Under the pieces are notes generated by a model, which saw only the letters and a program-made list of their open reading frames with translations, ran no database searches and was not told the DNA's origin. A stretch of DNA of 61,878 nt, the filler included. It is 8 parts of 8 records of this genome, joined end to end, with 100 filler letters (N's around TTAATTAATTAA, not from the genome) between each part and the next. Parts side by side here need not be neighbours in the genome. Positions count along the whole stretch, not along the records: positions 17,763 to 21,218 come from SRR20825010_3376; positions 21,319 to 27,166 come from SRR20825010_3380; positions 27,267 to 48,459 come from SRR20825010_3382; 5 more parts are not named here. One strand, written 5' to 3'. Made by a program: the position numbers and the translations under genes. Positions 20,041 through 30,171 of this stretch are shown here, one piece after another. Position 1 is the stretch's first letter. Each line of letters starts with the position of its first letter.

Positions 20041-20049
20041 CAAAACAAG

Positions 20050-20065
20050 TAAGTTAACTAACTTA
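20050..20065. promoter_or_regulatory. putative TetR auto-operator
   Basis: Perfect palindrome TAAGTTA-ac-TAACTTA upstream of tetR. Confidence 0.65.
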
Positions 20066-20137
20066 ACATTGGATTGATAAAAAAACTGTCAACGTGCCGC
20101 TTGCTATTTCCCGCGCCCCTCCCCGAACGCTGCCCTT

Positions 20138-20168
20138 AAAAAATGCCGCCAGATCAATCGGGCGGCAT
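20138..20168 (-). terminator. intrinsic terminator of the proline dehydrogenase gene
   Basis: atgccgcc...ggcggcat stem followed by a U-tract on the minus strand. Confidence 0.75.
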
Positions 20169-20176
20169 GTGAAGGG

Positions 20177-21142
20177 TCAACGGTTCAGGCCAGATCGCAA
20201 CAATAAACCAAGATTTCGGGGGTTTTCGCCAACCCGACGCCAGGCATATGCCCACCAGTCATGACCAAATGGCGCATACAGGCGTAACCGATATCCGACA
20301 TTGCGCAATTCGCGCTGCAACGGCTGGTTCACGCCATAAAGCATTTCAAATTCAAACGCATCGCGCGACCATCCGTTTTGATCCGCCAGCGCACCAATTT
20401 TGATCGCAAGGTCGCGATGATGGGTGCCAAAGACCGGAAAGAACCCTGATTTCCGCGCATCATCGGACAACATCTTTCCCGCAAGCATCAGATAATTGGC
20501 ATCGATGTCGGGACGCTTGGTAAAGGCCACTGTGTCTGGCGGCGCCATGGCCCCTTTGACCAGACGCACCATCGCCCCGCGCCGGATCATCGCATCAAGA
20601 TCATCCTCGGTTCGATACAGGCGCGCCTGTAATGTCTGTGCTACCGGCACCCCGGCATCATCAAGCCGGTTATGCAGTGCTAGCGTCTCGTCGATCATGT
20701 CGAAATCTTCCATATCGATCATTAATCGAATGGTCCGCGCCATTTGCTTTTCACCCTGCACTGGCCCAAGGCCACGGATCAGATCGGCAATGGCATCAAC
20801 ATTGCGGTCCAGAATATCGCGGCCCTGCATATAGCCCAGTTGGGACGGATCAATTGATATATGCACATCCCCGCCAGCCTGATTAAGGGCCGGGACAAGG
20901 TCGCGCAATTGCACAGACGTTTCCGTTACCTGCGCAATGTCGGTGACATATTCGCCAAGGTAAAAGCTTGATATGCGCACCCCTTCGCCCCCAAGCCGGG
21001 TGGCGCGCGCAACATGCCCTTTGATATCGGCGGCACTGACAAACTGTTTTGCCAAACCGGTTTTCCGACCGACGGCCTCGCCCGCACGGCGCAGCGATGT
21101 GTTACAGGCAACTGCAATCATGCATTTCTGCCAGATCCCCAT
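20177..21142 (-). CDS. monofunctional proline dehydrogenase family protein
   Basis: YLGE, IDMED, LQARLYRT, RLVKGA, FEFEMLYG and RRVGENP; AAAGGAG RBS. Confidence 0.88.
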   Translation of the reverse strand: MGIWQKCMIAVACNTSLRRAGEAVGRKTGLAKQFVSAADIKGHVARATRLGGEGVRISSFYLGEYVTDIAQVTETSVQLRDLVPALNQAGGDVHISIDPSQLGYMQGRDILDRNVDAIADLIRGLGPVQGEKQMARTIRLMIDMEDFDMIDETLALHNRLDDAGVPVAQTLQARLYRTEDDLDAMIRRGAMVRLVKGAMAPPDTVAFTKRPDIDANYLMLAGKMLSDDARKSGFFPVFGTHHRDLAIKIGALADQNGWSRDAFEFEMLYGVNQPLQRELRNVGYRLRLYAPFGHDWWAYAWRRVGENPRNLGLLLRSGLNR

Positions 21143-21218
21143 GTATGTCTCCTTTCTGATGGCGCAGATCAACGTAACACGGCCTCAAATGATCAATATT
21201 GAATGATATGCGCCACAG

Positions 21219-21318
21219 NNNNNNNNNNNNNNNNNNNNNNNNNNNNNNNNNNNNNNNNNNNNTTAATTAATTAANNNNNNNNNNNNNNNNNNNNNNNNNN
21301 NNNNNNNNNNNNNNNNNN
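21219..21318. other. artificial contig linker
   Basis: N44-TTAATTAATTAA-N44. Confidence 0.99.
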
Positions 21319-22132
21319 GCCCTATTACGTGCAGAACAATTATGGTCCGTTCGGCTATGCCTTCGGTCGTGGAAGCGGCAGCGATCTGTGCCTGTATGGC
21401 TGGCAACAGATAAGGCCGGGCCAGGACAGTCTCTCGGCCTTCGGCCAGGCCGGCACGATCCAGGTGCGCGTGCGGTTCTGCGAGGCAGGCGCCAGCGAGG
21501 ACGATCTGCTCGGCATCATGTATGGCTACACAATCGCCGCCGCGGTCGATGCCTATGGCTGGAACCCCTATGGCGAGCAGGCAGGCCCGCCGCCGCTGCT
21601 GGGAGAGACCGGCGCGCCGACCTATCCGCGCAAGGCATACGACCCCAGGCCCGAGCGCGTTGCCGATACCGAAAAGGTGCTTGAAACATCGACCGTGAGC
21701 GCCACGCCGACGACGCGCACTGTCAGGTCGACCGTTCCGGTCTCGACCGGCGATGAACTCAACGTCGATGTCGTGCGTCTGCCGCCCGGAAGCCTGCCCT
21801 CCGGCGGCTATGTCAACACGCCCGCCATGCCCGGCGCCTACACGACCGGATTGCCCACTGCGGCCGCGCCGGCCTCGACCATTCCAACGCCGGGCCGGCA
21901 GACGCCGGCTGCATCGGCGGCTCCGGTCGCGCCGACGATCGGCGCTGCGGCTTCCGCACCGGCGGTCGCCAACATCCCGGTGCCGGCGCGCTCCTCAACG
22001 ACGTCGTCGCCTGTGACAATACCGGCGATCTCGCCTGCCTCAGCCGCGGGAACGCCTGCGGCGAGCAGAAGCTCGATACCGGCGCCGCCGTGCCGTCTGC
22101 TTCCCGGATCGACGACCGTGAGCTGTGAGTAG
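21319..22132 (+). CDS. bcsN: cellulose biosynthesis protein BcsN, 5' truncated, with Pro/Ala/Thr-rich tail
   Basis: YYVQNNYGPFGYA...DLCLYGWQQI...IQVRVRFC; directly upstream of bcsA. Confidence 0.8.
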
Positions 22133-22333
22133 ATTTTCGATCGTGAACCCTCCGATCAGGATGGAAGGCGGCGCGCCGCTTGCCGATGTGCCGCATCACG
22201 GCCGTAGCGGGCTTTTCGCGCAAAGCGGGGTCGCTTGTGCCCGGGCCTTCAGAAAAAAAGTATCCCGGCGCAAGACAATTTTTAGTTTTCTTGCGTATAT
22301 GTCCGGAATATTCCGTTCGGAAGGATCTGTCTG

Positions 22334-24523
22334 ATGCGTAAGATCGCAGTCACTATTGCCTGGATCATCACCGCGATCTTTGTTCTCGGCCTTGTCACGC
22401 TCCCGATTGATCTTCGGACCCAGATCGTGGTGAGCTTCGTTGCTGTGGCCGTGATGCTGGTCCTCAAGCAGATGCATGCCGAAGGCAACTGGCGGCTGAT
22501 TGCGCTGGCGTTCGGCACCTCGATCGTGTTGCGCTATGTGTTCTGGCGCACCACGAGCACGCTTCCGCCGATCACCGAACTCCAGAACTTCATTCCGGGC
22601 GTCCTGCTTTACTGCGCCGAGATGTTTTCCGTCGGCATGCTGGCGCTCAGCCTGTTCGTGGTCGCGCTGCCGCTGCCGGTGCGCCCGCGATGGGGCAAGC
22701 TCGAGGGCGACCTGCCCTATGTCGATGTCTACGTCCCGTCCTATAACGAGGACTCGACGATGCTTGCCCATACGCTTGCCGCAGCCAAGGCCATGGAATA
22801 TCCGCCGGAAAAGCTCAAGGTTTACCTGCTCGACGACGGGGGCACCGAGCAGAAGCGAAATTCCAAGAACCTGGTGGAGGCAAGCCTTGCCCAGACGCGT
22901 CATCGCGAGCTGAGGCAGCTTTGCGCCGAACAGGGCGTCGGCTACATTACCCGCCCGCGCAACGAGCACGCCAAGGCGGGCAATATGAACCACGCGCTGC
23001 AATACACCACCGGCGACCTGATCGTGGTGTTTGACGCAGACCATGCGCCGGCCAATGACTTCCTGCAGGAAACGGTGGGCTATTTTCAGGAAGACCCCAG
23101 GCTCTTCCTGGTCCAGACGCCGCACTTCTTCATCAATCCGGATCCGCTGGAGCGCAATCTCAGAACCTATGAGCTGATGCCGAGCGAGAACGAGATGTTT
23201 TACGGCATCATCCAGCGCGGTCTCGACAAGTGGAACGCCTCGTTCTTCTGCGGTTCCGCTGCGGTGCTGCGTCGCGAGGCGCTGAATTCCGTGAACGGCT
23301 TTTCGGGCGTTTCGATTACCGAGGACTGCGAGACCGCCGTCGAGCTGCACTCCAACGGATGGAACAGCGTCTATGTCGACCGCCCGCTGATTGCCGGCCT
23401 TCAGCCCGCGACCTTCTCCAGCTTCATCGGCCAGCGCAGCCGCTGGGGGCAGGGGATGATGCAGATCCTGCGGTTCAAGTTCCCCCTGCTTCTACGTGGT
23501 CTGACGCTGCCGCAGCGGCTTTGCTACATGTCGTCGAACCTGTTCTGGCTGTTTCCCTTCGCGCGCGCCTCATTCATGATCGCGCCGTTGTGCTATCTGT
23601 TCTTCGGCCTGCAGATCTTCGACGCCTCCGGGGGCGAGTTCCTGGCCTACACGCTGTCCTATCTGATCGTGAACATGCTCATCCAAAACTATCTGTTCGG
23701 CCAGTTCCGCTGGCCCTGGATTTCCGAGCTTTACGAATACGTCCAGACAGTACACCTGATGCCGGCGGTGGTCTCGGCGATCATCAATCCGAGAAAGCCG
23801 TCCTTCAAGGTGACGGCGAAGGACGAGTCGATCGAGCACAGCCGGCTTTCCGAAATCAGCCGTCCGTTCTTCATCATCTTCTTCGTGTTCGTCGCCGCCA
23901 GCGTGATGATGGTCTACCGGCTCTACGCCGAGCCCTATCTGGCAGGCGTTACCTGGGTTGTGGGCGGCTGGAACTTCCTCAACCTGTTTCTGACGGCGGC
24001 AGCGCTCGGCGTTGTCTCGGAAGCCGGCGAACGCCAGAAGGCGCGGCGCATCAAGATGTCGCGTCGCTGCGAACTGGTGATCGGCGACAGCGTCTACCGG
24101 GGCACGATCGAGGATGTCTCGACCGATGGCGCCGGGCTTCAGGTGCAGGTGCGCGATCTCGACCGTCTGCGCCCCGGCACCCATGCGCTGCTCCGGGTCG
24201 AGCCGCATCGCGGCGGCGATGCCGGCGAAGTGCCGGTGATGATCCGTCACGCCCGCTCGCTCGGCGAACTCGCGATGGTCGGTTGCCGCTACGCGCCGGT
24301 CTCCAGCCTGCATTTCTCGGTGATCTCGGATCTGATGTTCGCCAATTCGGAGCGCTGGCAGCAGCTCCTGCAATCGCGCAAGAACGACCCCGGCACACTG
24401 GTGGGCACTTTCTGGTTCATCAAGATGTCCGTGCGCCAGATGGGACGCGGCATGAGCTACTTCATCGGCAAGTATCAGCCGAACACGGGCGGCGGTTCCG
24501 CGCGGGCAAAGGGCAAGAGCTGA
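22334..24523 (+). CDS. bcsA: cellulose synthase catalytic subunit
   Basis: DDG, HAKAGN, DADH, FFCGS, TED and QRSRW; PilZ RQKAR...DVSTDG. Confidence 0.97.
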   Translation: MRKIAVTIAWIITAIFVLGLVTLPIDLRTQIVVSFVAVAVMLVLKQMHAEGNWRLIALAFGTSIVLRYVFWRTTSTLPPITELQNFIPGVLLYCAEMFSVGMLALSLFVVALPLPVRPRWGKLEGDLPYVDVYVPSYNEDSTMLAHTLAAAKAMEYPPEKLKVYLLDDGGTEQKRNSKNLVEASLAQTRHRELRQLCAEQGVGYITRPRNEHAKAGNMNHALQYTTGDLIVVFDADHAPANDFLQETVGYFQEDPRLFLVQTPHFFINPDPLERNLRTYELMPSENEMFYGIIQRGLDKWNASFFCGSAAVLRREALNSVNGFSGVSITEDCETAVELHSNGWNSVYVDRPLIAGLQPATFSSFIGQRSRWGQGMMQILRFKFPLLLRGLTLPQRLCYMSSNLFWLFPFARASFMIAPLCYLFFGLQIFDASGGEFLAYTLSYLIVNMLIQNYLFGQFRWPWISELYEYVQTVHLMPAVVSAIINPRKPSFKVTAKDESIEHSRLSEISRPFFIIFFVFVAASVMMVYRLYAEPYLAGVTWVVGGWNFLNLFLTAAALGVVSEAGERQKARRIKMSRRCELVIGDSVYRGTIEDVSTDGAGLQVQVRDLDRLRPGTHALLRVEPHRGGDAGEVPVMIRHARSLGELAMVGCRYAPVSSLHFSVISDLMFANSERWQQLLQSRKNDPGTLVGTFWFIKMSVRQMGRGMSYFIGKYQPNTGGGSARAKGKS

Positions 24524-26871
24524 TGAGACGGATCCTGCTTTTTATGGCATTTCTCCTGACCGGCGCCGCGCTCGCCTCGGCGCAGATGCCGCCGTCGTCG
24601 TCCGCCACCGTAGCGCCGTTCGACATGGGCGGTGACGGCTCCGGCCCGCTCCCACGCGCGCCCTCTGCCTCGCCTCAGCCTGCCTCACCCGCCGCCACGC
24701 CCGAGCCGGCTGCCGAGACGGCGCCGTTTTTCCGCTATATCGTGCCGGCCGACCAGATGCGGCTCGAGGGCGAAAACGGCGAGCGGGCCTGGTCCGTCTA
24801 TCTTACCGAGGCACAGGCGAAGTCGGTTTCGCATTTCAATATCGGCTACCAGAACTCGATTTTCGTGGCGCCGGAATATTCGAAACTGACGATCGCCTTC
24901 AACAATGTCGAGATCGCAGCGCCGCCGCTGGATTCGTCCGAGCGCAAATCCGACCTGCGCTTCGAGGTGCCAGCCGGCGTACTGAAGCCGGGCTACAACC
25001 AGTTCTCGATCAGGATCAAGCAGCGTCACCGTACCGATTGCGATCTCGATTCAACCTATGACCTGTGGACCGACATCGACCCGCAACGGACCTTTCTGAT
25101 CTTTGACGATCCCAACACCGCCGAGCTTTCCTCCATCGGCGATATTCGCGCGGTTGGCGTCGATGCCATCGGGCGGACGCAGTTCCATATCGTCGCGCCG
25201 GGGCTCAACGATGCGATCGCGGGCGATCCGCTGCTGGAACTTGCGCAGGGGCTGGCGCTGCTCTCCGACATGCCGAACACCTATTTCACCTATTCCACGT
25301 CCGCGCCGGTCAAGTTCGGATCCGGCGTGTTGCCGGTCTATGTCGGGACGCCGGACGAACTCAGGCCGCTGCTTGGCGATGCGCTGCCGGACCTCGGCAC
25401 AGCGCAATCGGCTCGTTTCATCGGTACGGATGCGCTCGGCCGGAGCGTGCTGGTTCTGGTGGCGCCGTCCTGGCAGCGTATCGGCCCGCTCATCGACGGC
25501 ATCACGGAGCCAGCCGCCCGCAGTGCCGCGATGAAGGACGAGGCCTATTCGACGCATTCCTGGCGCAAGCAGGACACCCAGCTTCTGACCGGTCACAAGA
25601 CGCTGACGTTCGAGCAGCTCGGCATTCCCACGCAGGAGTTTTCAGGCCGCGTCTTCCGCGCCGAATTCACGATTGGACTGCCCGCCGATTTCTACGCCGA
25701 CGCCTATGGCGAGGCCCGGCTGCTGCTCGATGCCGCCTATGGGCCGATCGTGCTGCCGGGTAGCCGTCTTCATGTGTTCGTCAACGACCAACTGGCCGCC
25801 ACCTGGCCGATCAGCACCGTCAACGGCGCGGTGCTGCGTCGCACGCCGGTGCGTTTCACCATGCGCCATCTGAAGCCGGGCGTGAACAAGATCGTGCTGG
25901 AGGCAGCGCTTTTGACAAAGGAAGATGCCGCCTGCCTGCCGGGCGCGACGGCGGATGACACGCCGCGCTTTGCCGTGTTTGACACCACAGAATTCGAAAT
26001 GCCGAATTTCGGCCGCGTCGCGCAGGTCCCGAACCTTTGGGCGACCGGCGGGACCGGCTTTCCCTATTCGCGCGAGACCGCGCGCATTCCGCTCTATATC
26101 GACAATCTCAGCGCCGACACGCTCGCAACCGCCTCCGACTTCGTTGCCAAGCTTTCCAATGCCGCGCGCCAGCAGATTCCGGTGGATGTGGTGCATTCGG
26201 TCGAGGATGTGGGGGAGGGCGATGCGATCCTCATCGGTTCCATCGGGCAGGTGCCGACGCAGGCGCTCCGGCAGACCAAGATATCGCAGACCAGCCGCAG
26301 CGTGTGGACCCAGCAGGTCGGCGGCGAGGCCAATTACAACGAAGCGCCCGAAACCACGATCGAGCAGTGGGACGAGGCGGTGACGGCCGGCTGGTACAAC
26401 TGGATTTTCGAGGTCGAGAAATATCTCAAGCGCAATTACGATCTTTCCTTTGAAACGCTGCGCTTCCTGCCGCGGCCGGACGCCGACTATCTGCCGCCCA
26501 ACTCGGTCTCGATGATCATCGCGCAGGAGCCGAGCCCGGACGGGGACGGGGCGTGGACGCTGATTTCGGCTCCTTCTCAGGAAAACCTTTCCAACGGCAT
26601 GACCGCGCTGATGAAACGTCAGCATTGGGACGCCGTGCAGGGCCGGGTCACCACCTACAACCGGAATACCGGGGTGATCGACAATATCGGCATGGGCGCG
26701 ACCGACTTCATCTTCGATACGCCGTTCTCGATCAACAACATCCGGCTGGTGGCGACCAACTGGTTCTCGACCAACACGATGTCGTTCTCGCTGGCGCTGG
26801 TGATCTTCTCGGTGCTGCTCGGGATCGCCACCAAGGGGATGCTGACCCGCTACGGCCGCTACGAGGATTGA
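24523..26871 (+). CDS. bcsB: cellulose synthase periplasmic subunit BcsB
   Basis: TGATG overlap with bcsA; signal peptide MRRILLF..., QRHRTDC, LPADFY and C-terminal TM anchor. Confidence 0.93.
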   Translation: MRRILLFMAFLLTGAALASAQMPPSSSATVAPFDMGGDGSGPLPRAPSASPQPASPAATPEPAAETAPFFRYIVPADQMRLEGENGERAWSVYLTEAQAKSVSHFNIGYQNSIFVAPEYSKLTIAFNNVEIAAPPLDSSERKSDLRFEVPAGVLKPGYNQFSIRIKQRHRTDCDLDSTYDLWTDIDPQRTFLIFDDPNTAELSSIGDIRAVGVDAIGRTQFHIVAPGLNDAIAGDPLLELAQGLALLSDMPNTYFTYSTSAPVKFGSGVLPVYVGTPDELRPLLGDALPDLGTAQSARFIGTDALGRSVLVLVAPSWQRIGPLIDGITEPAARSAAMKDEAYSTHSWRKQDTQLLTGHKTLTFEQLGIPTQEFSGRVFRAEFTIGLPADFYADAYGEARLLLDAAYGPIVLPGSRLHVFVNDQLAATWPISTVNGAVLRRTPVRFTMRHLKPGVNKIVLEAALLTKEDAACLPGATADDTPRFAVFDTTEFEMPNFGRVAQVPNLWATGGTGFPYSRETARIPLYIDNLSADTLATASDFVAKLSNAARQQIPVDVVHSVEDVGEGDAILIGSIGQVPTQALRQTKISQTSRSVWTQQVGGEANYNEAPETTIEQWDEAVTAGWYNWIFEVEKYLKRNYDLSFETLRFLPRPDADYLPPNSVSMIIAQEPSPDGDGAWTLISAPSQENLSNGMTALMKRQHWDAVQGRVTTYNRNTGVIDNIGMGATDFIFDTPFSINNIRLVATNWFSTNTMSFSLALVIFSVLLGIATKGMLTRYGRYED

Positions 26872-27166
26872 GCGCGCTGTTGAAAGGCAATGGCGGCCGC
26901 GCCCGCAAGGCCGGGCTCGGGTCCGCTTGCGGCGGGCACCACCAGGGGACGGCCGAATTTCCAGAGCGTAAGCGGACGCACAGCCTCATCGATTGCCGAG
27001 AGCAGGTCGTGGGCGCCGGCAAGTCCGCCGCCGGCCGGCACGATGGTGGCGCCGGTCAGGTTGACGCAGACCGCGAGCGGCCCCGCAATCAGATCGAGAT
27101 AGACGCCGACTGTGCGGGTGGCGGCGGGCTCGCCTGCCCGCCAACTGTCGAGAATGGCCCGTGAAT
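26859..27166 (-). CDS. ROK family sugar kinase, C-terminal part
   Basis: Manual frame extension gives YLDLIAGPLAVCVNLTGATIVPAGGGL...GPEPGLAGAA. Confidence 0.8.
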
Positions 27167-27266
27167 NNNNNNNNNNNNNNNNNNNNNNNNNNNNNNNNNN
27201 NNNNNNNNNNTTAATTAATTAANNNNNNNNNNNNNNNNNNNNNNNNNNNNNNNNNNNNNNNNNNNN
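27167..27266. other. artificial contig linker
   Basis: N44-TTAATTAATTAA-N44. Confidence 0.99.
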
Positions 27267-27398
27267 ACTCTACGCGGTCGTGACCAGCCTGCAAGCAGCC
27301 CTGCCACAATGCGGGGCAAAAACACCGGAATTCCAGCGGTTCCCCCACGGCAAGAATGAGAGCGGCGCACCGCGGTGCGTATTTGCTAAAGTCGGTAA

Positions 27399-27866
27399 AT
27401 GACCAAATCACTTCTTATCGTTTCACATGCTCCCTCGGACAATACCCGGGCCCTGCTGGATGCGGTACGCGGCGGCGCCCTGGACGCCACGGATGACGGC
27501 GCCGTGGCGGTAACGTCTCTTTCTCCATTCGAGGCCAGGCCGGATGCGGTGCTCTCCGCCGATGCCATCATTCTCGGGACAACGGAAAATCTCGGTTATA
27601 TGAGCGGCGCCCTGAAAGATTTCTTCGACCGGATATTCTATCCCTGTCTGGAGAAGACCGAGGGCCTGCCCTATGCGCTCTATGTGCGTGCCGGTCATGA
27701 CGGCACCGGCACCTGCCGGGCGGTCGAGTCCATCACCACCGGCCTGCGCTGGCGAGCCGTTCAGGAACCGCTGGTCTGCCGCGGCAGTTTCGAGCCGGAT
27801 TTTATTGAGAAATGCCGCGATCTCGGTGCCGGTATGGCGGCGGGTCTTGAGGCCGGAATTTTCTAG
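27399..27866 (+). CDS. flavodoxin-like / NAD(P)H-dependent FMN reductase family protein
   Basis: HAPSDNT phosphate loop; GTTENLGYMSGALKDFFDR. Confidence 0.88.
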   Translation: MTKSLLIVSHAPSDNTRALLDAVRGGALDATDDGAVAVTSLSPFEARPDAVLSADAIILGTTENLGYMSGALKDFFDRIFYPCLEKTEGLPYALYVRAGHDGTGTCRAVESITTGLRWRAVQEPLVCRGSFEPDFIEKCRDLGAGMAAGLEAGIF

Positions 27867-27869
27867 GGA

Positions 27870-28568
27870 TTATTTCCGGCGCACGGTGCGCAGGGCGCGC
27901 GAGCGGAATTCCCGGCGGTGCAGGACAGCGACGACCCAGAGCGAGGCCGCGATGAAGGCGAACGGATGCACGAACCAGGTGCAGACCGCGAGGCCGAAAT
28001 AATAGGAATGAACGCCGCCGTTATAATGCCGGGCGGCCAGACTTGCGAGCTCGGCCGCAACCCCGCCACGCTCGCGCCCAACCTCGCGCAAATCCTCGAA
28101 TTCCGGTTGCGGGATCGCCCCCAATACCACCGCCGCATTGTTGTGCAGCCTGATCGACCAGGCCAGCCGGAAGAATGCGTTGGTGAAGATGAAGATCAGC
28201 AGGGCGATCTTCAGGCCGAATCTGTCCTGACTTGTTTCGGCCAGGAAACGAAAACGGTTCAGCACCGCGACGGCCTGCTCCGACGCCCCGAAGACGGCGG
28301 CGAGGCCGCCAACCACAAAGATGCTGGTCGAGGCCATGAAAGCGGAATTTCCGGCAAGGGACCGGAGAATCTGGATATCGATGATCCGGTTTTCCCGGGA
28401 AGCGGAGGCTTCGAACCAGTCCCTCCGCCACGCCTGCATGGCCGCCGGCAGACCATGCCCACGCTTGATCCTGACCGCCACGAAGGTCTCGTATCCGAGC
28501 CAGCAGGCAATAAAGACCGCCAGCGCAACCAGATCGTCGCGCCGCAGCATGTCCAACAGTGAACCCAT
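27870..28568 (-). CDS. DUF599 family membrane protein
   Basis: RENRIID, FMASTS and LHRREFRSR; several TM helices. Confidence 0.85.
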   Translation of the reverse strand: MGSLLDMLRRDDLVALAVFIACWLGYETFVAVRIKRGHGLPAAMQAWRRDWFEASASRENRIIDIQILRSLAGNSAFMASTSIFVVGGLAAVFGASEQAVAVLNRFRFLAETSQDRFGLKIALLIFIFTNAFFRLAWSIRLHNNAAVVLGAIPQPEFEDLREVGRERGGVAAELASLAARHYNGGVHSYYFGLAVCTWFVHPFAFIAASLWVVAVLHRREFRSRALRTVRRK

Positions 28569-28647
28569 TCCAACCTCCCCGTCCCCGGTACCAGTCTATC
28601 CTGTCGGTACCGGGACACCAAGCAGCCCGGACTCCGGGAGGCAGGGG

Positions 28648-29901
28648 TCAGCTGACCTGGTTAAGAACCCGCGCGCGGATCGTACCTTCAAGCGAGCGCA
28701 CAGCGCGGATTACCTTGTCCGCCTCGGGGACATGCCCTTCCGCATCGAGCACGACGTACCCGATCTCGCCGTCCGTCTGATAATGCTGGGCCGCGATGTT
28801 GATATTGTGAGCCGCGAAGACATCGTTGAGGCGGCCAAGCTGACCCGGCAGATTGCGCTGCACCTGGATGAAACGGGTCCCGGCCGGGCGCGGCGGAAGC
28901 TGCACTTCCGGAAAATTCACGGCACCCGCGGTTGATCCAACATCGGAATATTCGATCAGCTTGCGGATCACTTCCTCACCGATACGCTCCTGCGCTTCCT
29001 CGGTCGAGCCGCCGACATGCGGCGTCAGGATCACGTTGTCGAGGCCCTGCAAGGGTGACTGGAACGGGTCCGCGTTCGATTTCGGCTCTGTCGGGAACAC
29101 ATCGACCGCCGCACCGGCAAGATGACCGCTCTTCAGGGCCGCCGCCAGTGCATCCACATCCAGGATAGTCCCCCGGGCATTGTTGATGAGGTAGGCGCCC
29201 GGCTTCATCTTACCGATCTCGCGCGCACCGATCATGTCCCTTGTTTCGGGCGTTTCCGGCAGATGCAGGGAAACCACGTCGGAGGCTTCCAGCAGCTCGT
29301 CGAGGGTCGCGGCCGGTTCCACATTGCCGTGGCTGAGCTTGTCGCTCCGGTCGAAATAGATCACCCGCATGCCCATCGCTTCGGCGAGGTTCGCCAGTTG
29401 GGTGCCGATATTGCCGTAGCCGACGATACCGAGGGTCTTGCCCCGTATCTCTCGGCTACCGATCGCCGATTTTTCCCACCGGCTCTCATGCGCCCCAACC
29501 GACCGCGGGAACGTCCGCCGGAACAGCATGACGATTTCCGCAATCGTCAGCTCCGCGACACTGCGTGTGTTCGAAAACGGCGCGTTGAAAACGGGGATGC
29601 CCTTCCGCTTTGCCGCCTCCAGGTCAACCTGGTTGGTGCCAACCGAAAAGCAGCCGAGCGCGATCAGCTTGTCGGTCGCGGCGAAAACACTTTCCGTCAT
29701 TTTCGTCCGGGACCGAATGCCAAGCAGCCTGACGTCCTTCAAGGCGGCTTTCAGAGCATCTTCCTCAAGCGCCTTTGCCTGCCTCTCGACGCAGGGATAT
29801 CCGGCAATCTCAAGCTGTCGTATCGCGGTCTCGGAAATCCCCTCAAGCAACAGGAACTTGATTTTGTCTTTTGGCAGGGACGGATTCTGGATCTTGCTCA
29901 T
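28648..29901 (-). CDS. serA: D-3-phosphoglycerate dehydrogenase with ACT domain
   Basis: GIRSRT, FNAPFSNTRSVAE, GYGNIG, TPHVGGSTEEAQ and VNFP. Confidence 0.96.
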   Translation of the reverse strand: MSKIQNPSLPKDKIKFLLLEGISETAIRQLEIAGYPCVERQAKALEEDALKAALKDVRLLGIRSRTKMTESVFAATDKLIALGCFSVGTNQVDLEAAKRKGIPVFNAPFSNTRSVAELTIAEIVMLFRRTFPRSVGAHESRWEKSAIGSREIRGKTLGIVGYGNIGTQLANLAEAMGMRVIYFDRSDKLSHGNVEPAATLDELLEASDVVSLHLPETPETRDMIGAREIGKMKPGAYLINNARGTILDVDALAAALKSGHLAGAAVDVFPTEPKSNADPFQSPLQGLDNVILTPHVGGSTEEAQERIGEEVIRKLIEYSDVGSTAGAVNFPEVQLPPRPAGTRFIQVQRNLPGQLGRLNDVFAAHNINIAAQHYQTDGEIGYVVLDAEGHVPEADKVIRAVRSLEGTIRARVLNQVS

Positions 29902-30171
29902 TCTGGAACGGGTCCGGATGGGTTTCAAATGCCTCTCGCGTGCTGGCGCGCTGATGGCGCGGGCCTTATTACGAAGGCGGCCGTAGAGATATAGGGAGCC
30001 CGGTCGAATCGCAAGGCACCGCCTTAATCCATGCCGGATCACGCCTCAAAAAGAACATCAATTGAGCACTTGTTTACTATTTAGAAAGCCTTCGAACCGA
30101 GAGTAGCCGGACCGCGAGTGTCTAATGCTGTCGGGGGACGGTGCTGGGCTGCGCGAAAGGGAAGGTGATAC

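Noticed and set aside
23230-24522. 1213-aa ORF suggesting a giant BcsB fusion
   Set aside because: The first ~430 codons are an off-frame read-through over bcsA in GC-rich DNA. Real BcsB starts at ATG 24523 with a signal peptide.
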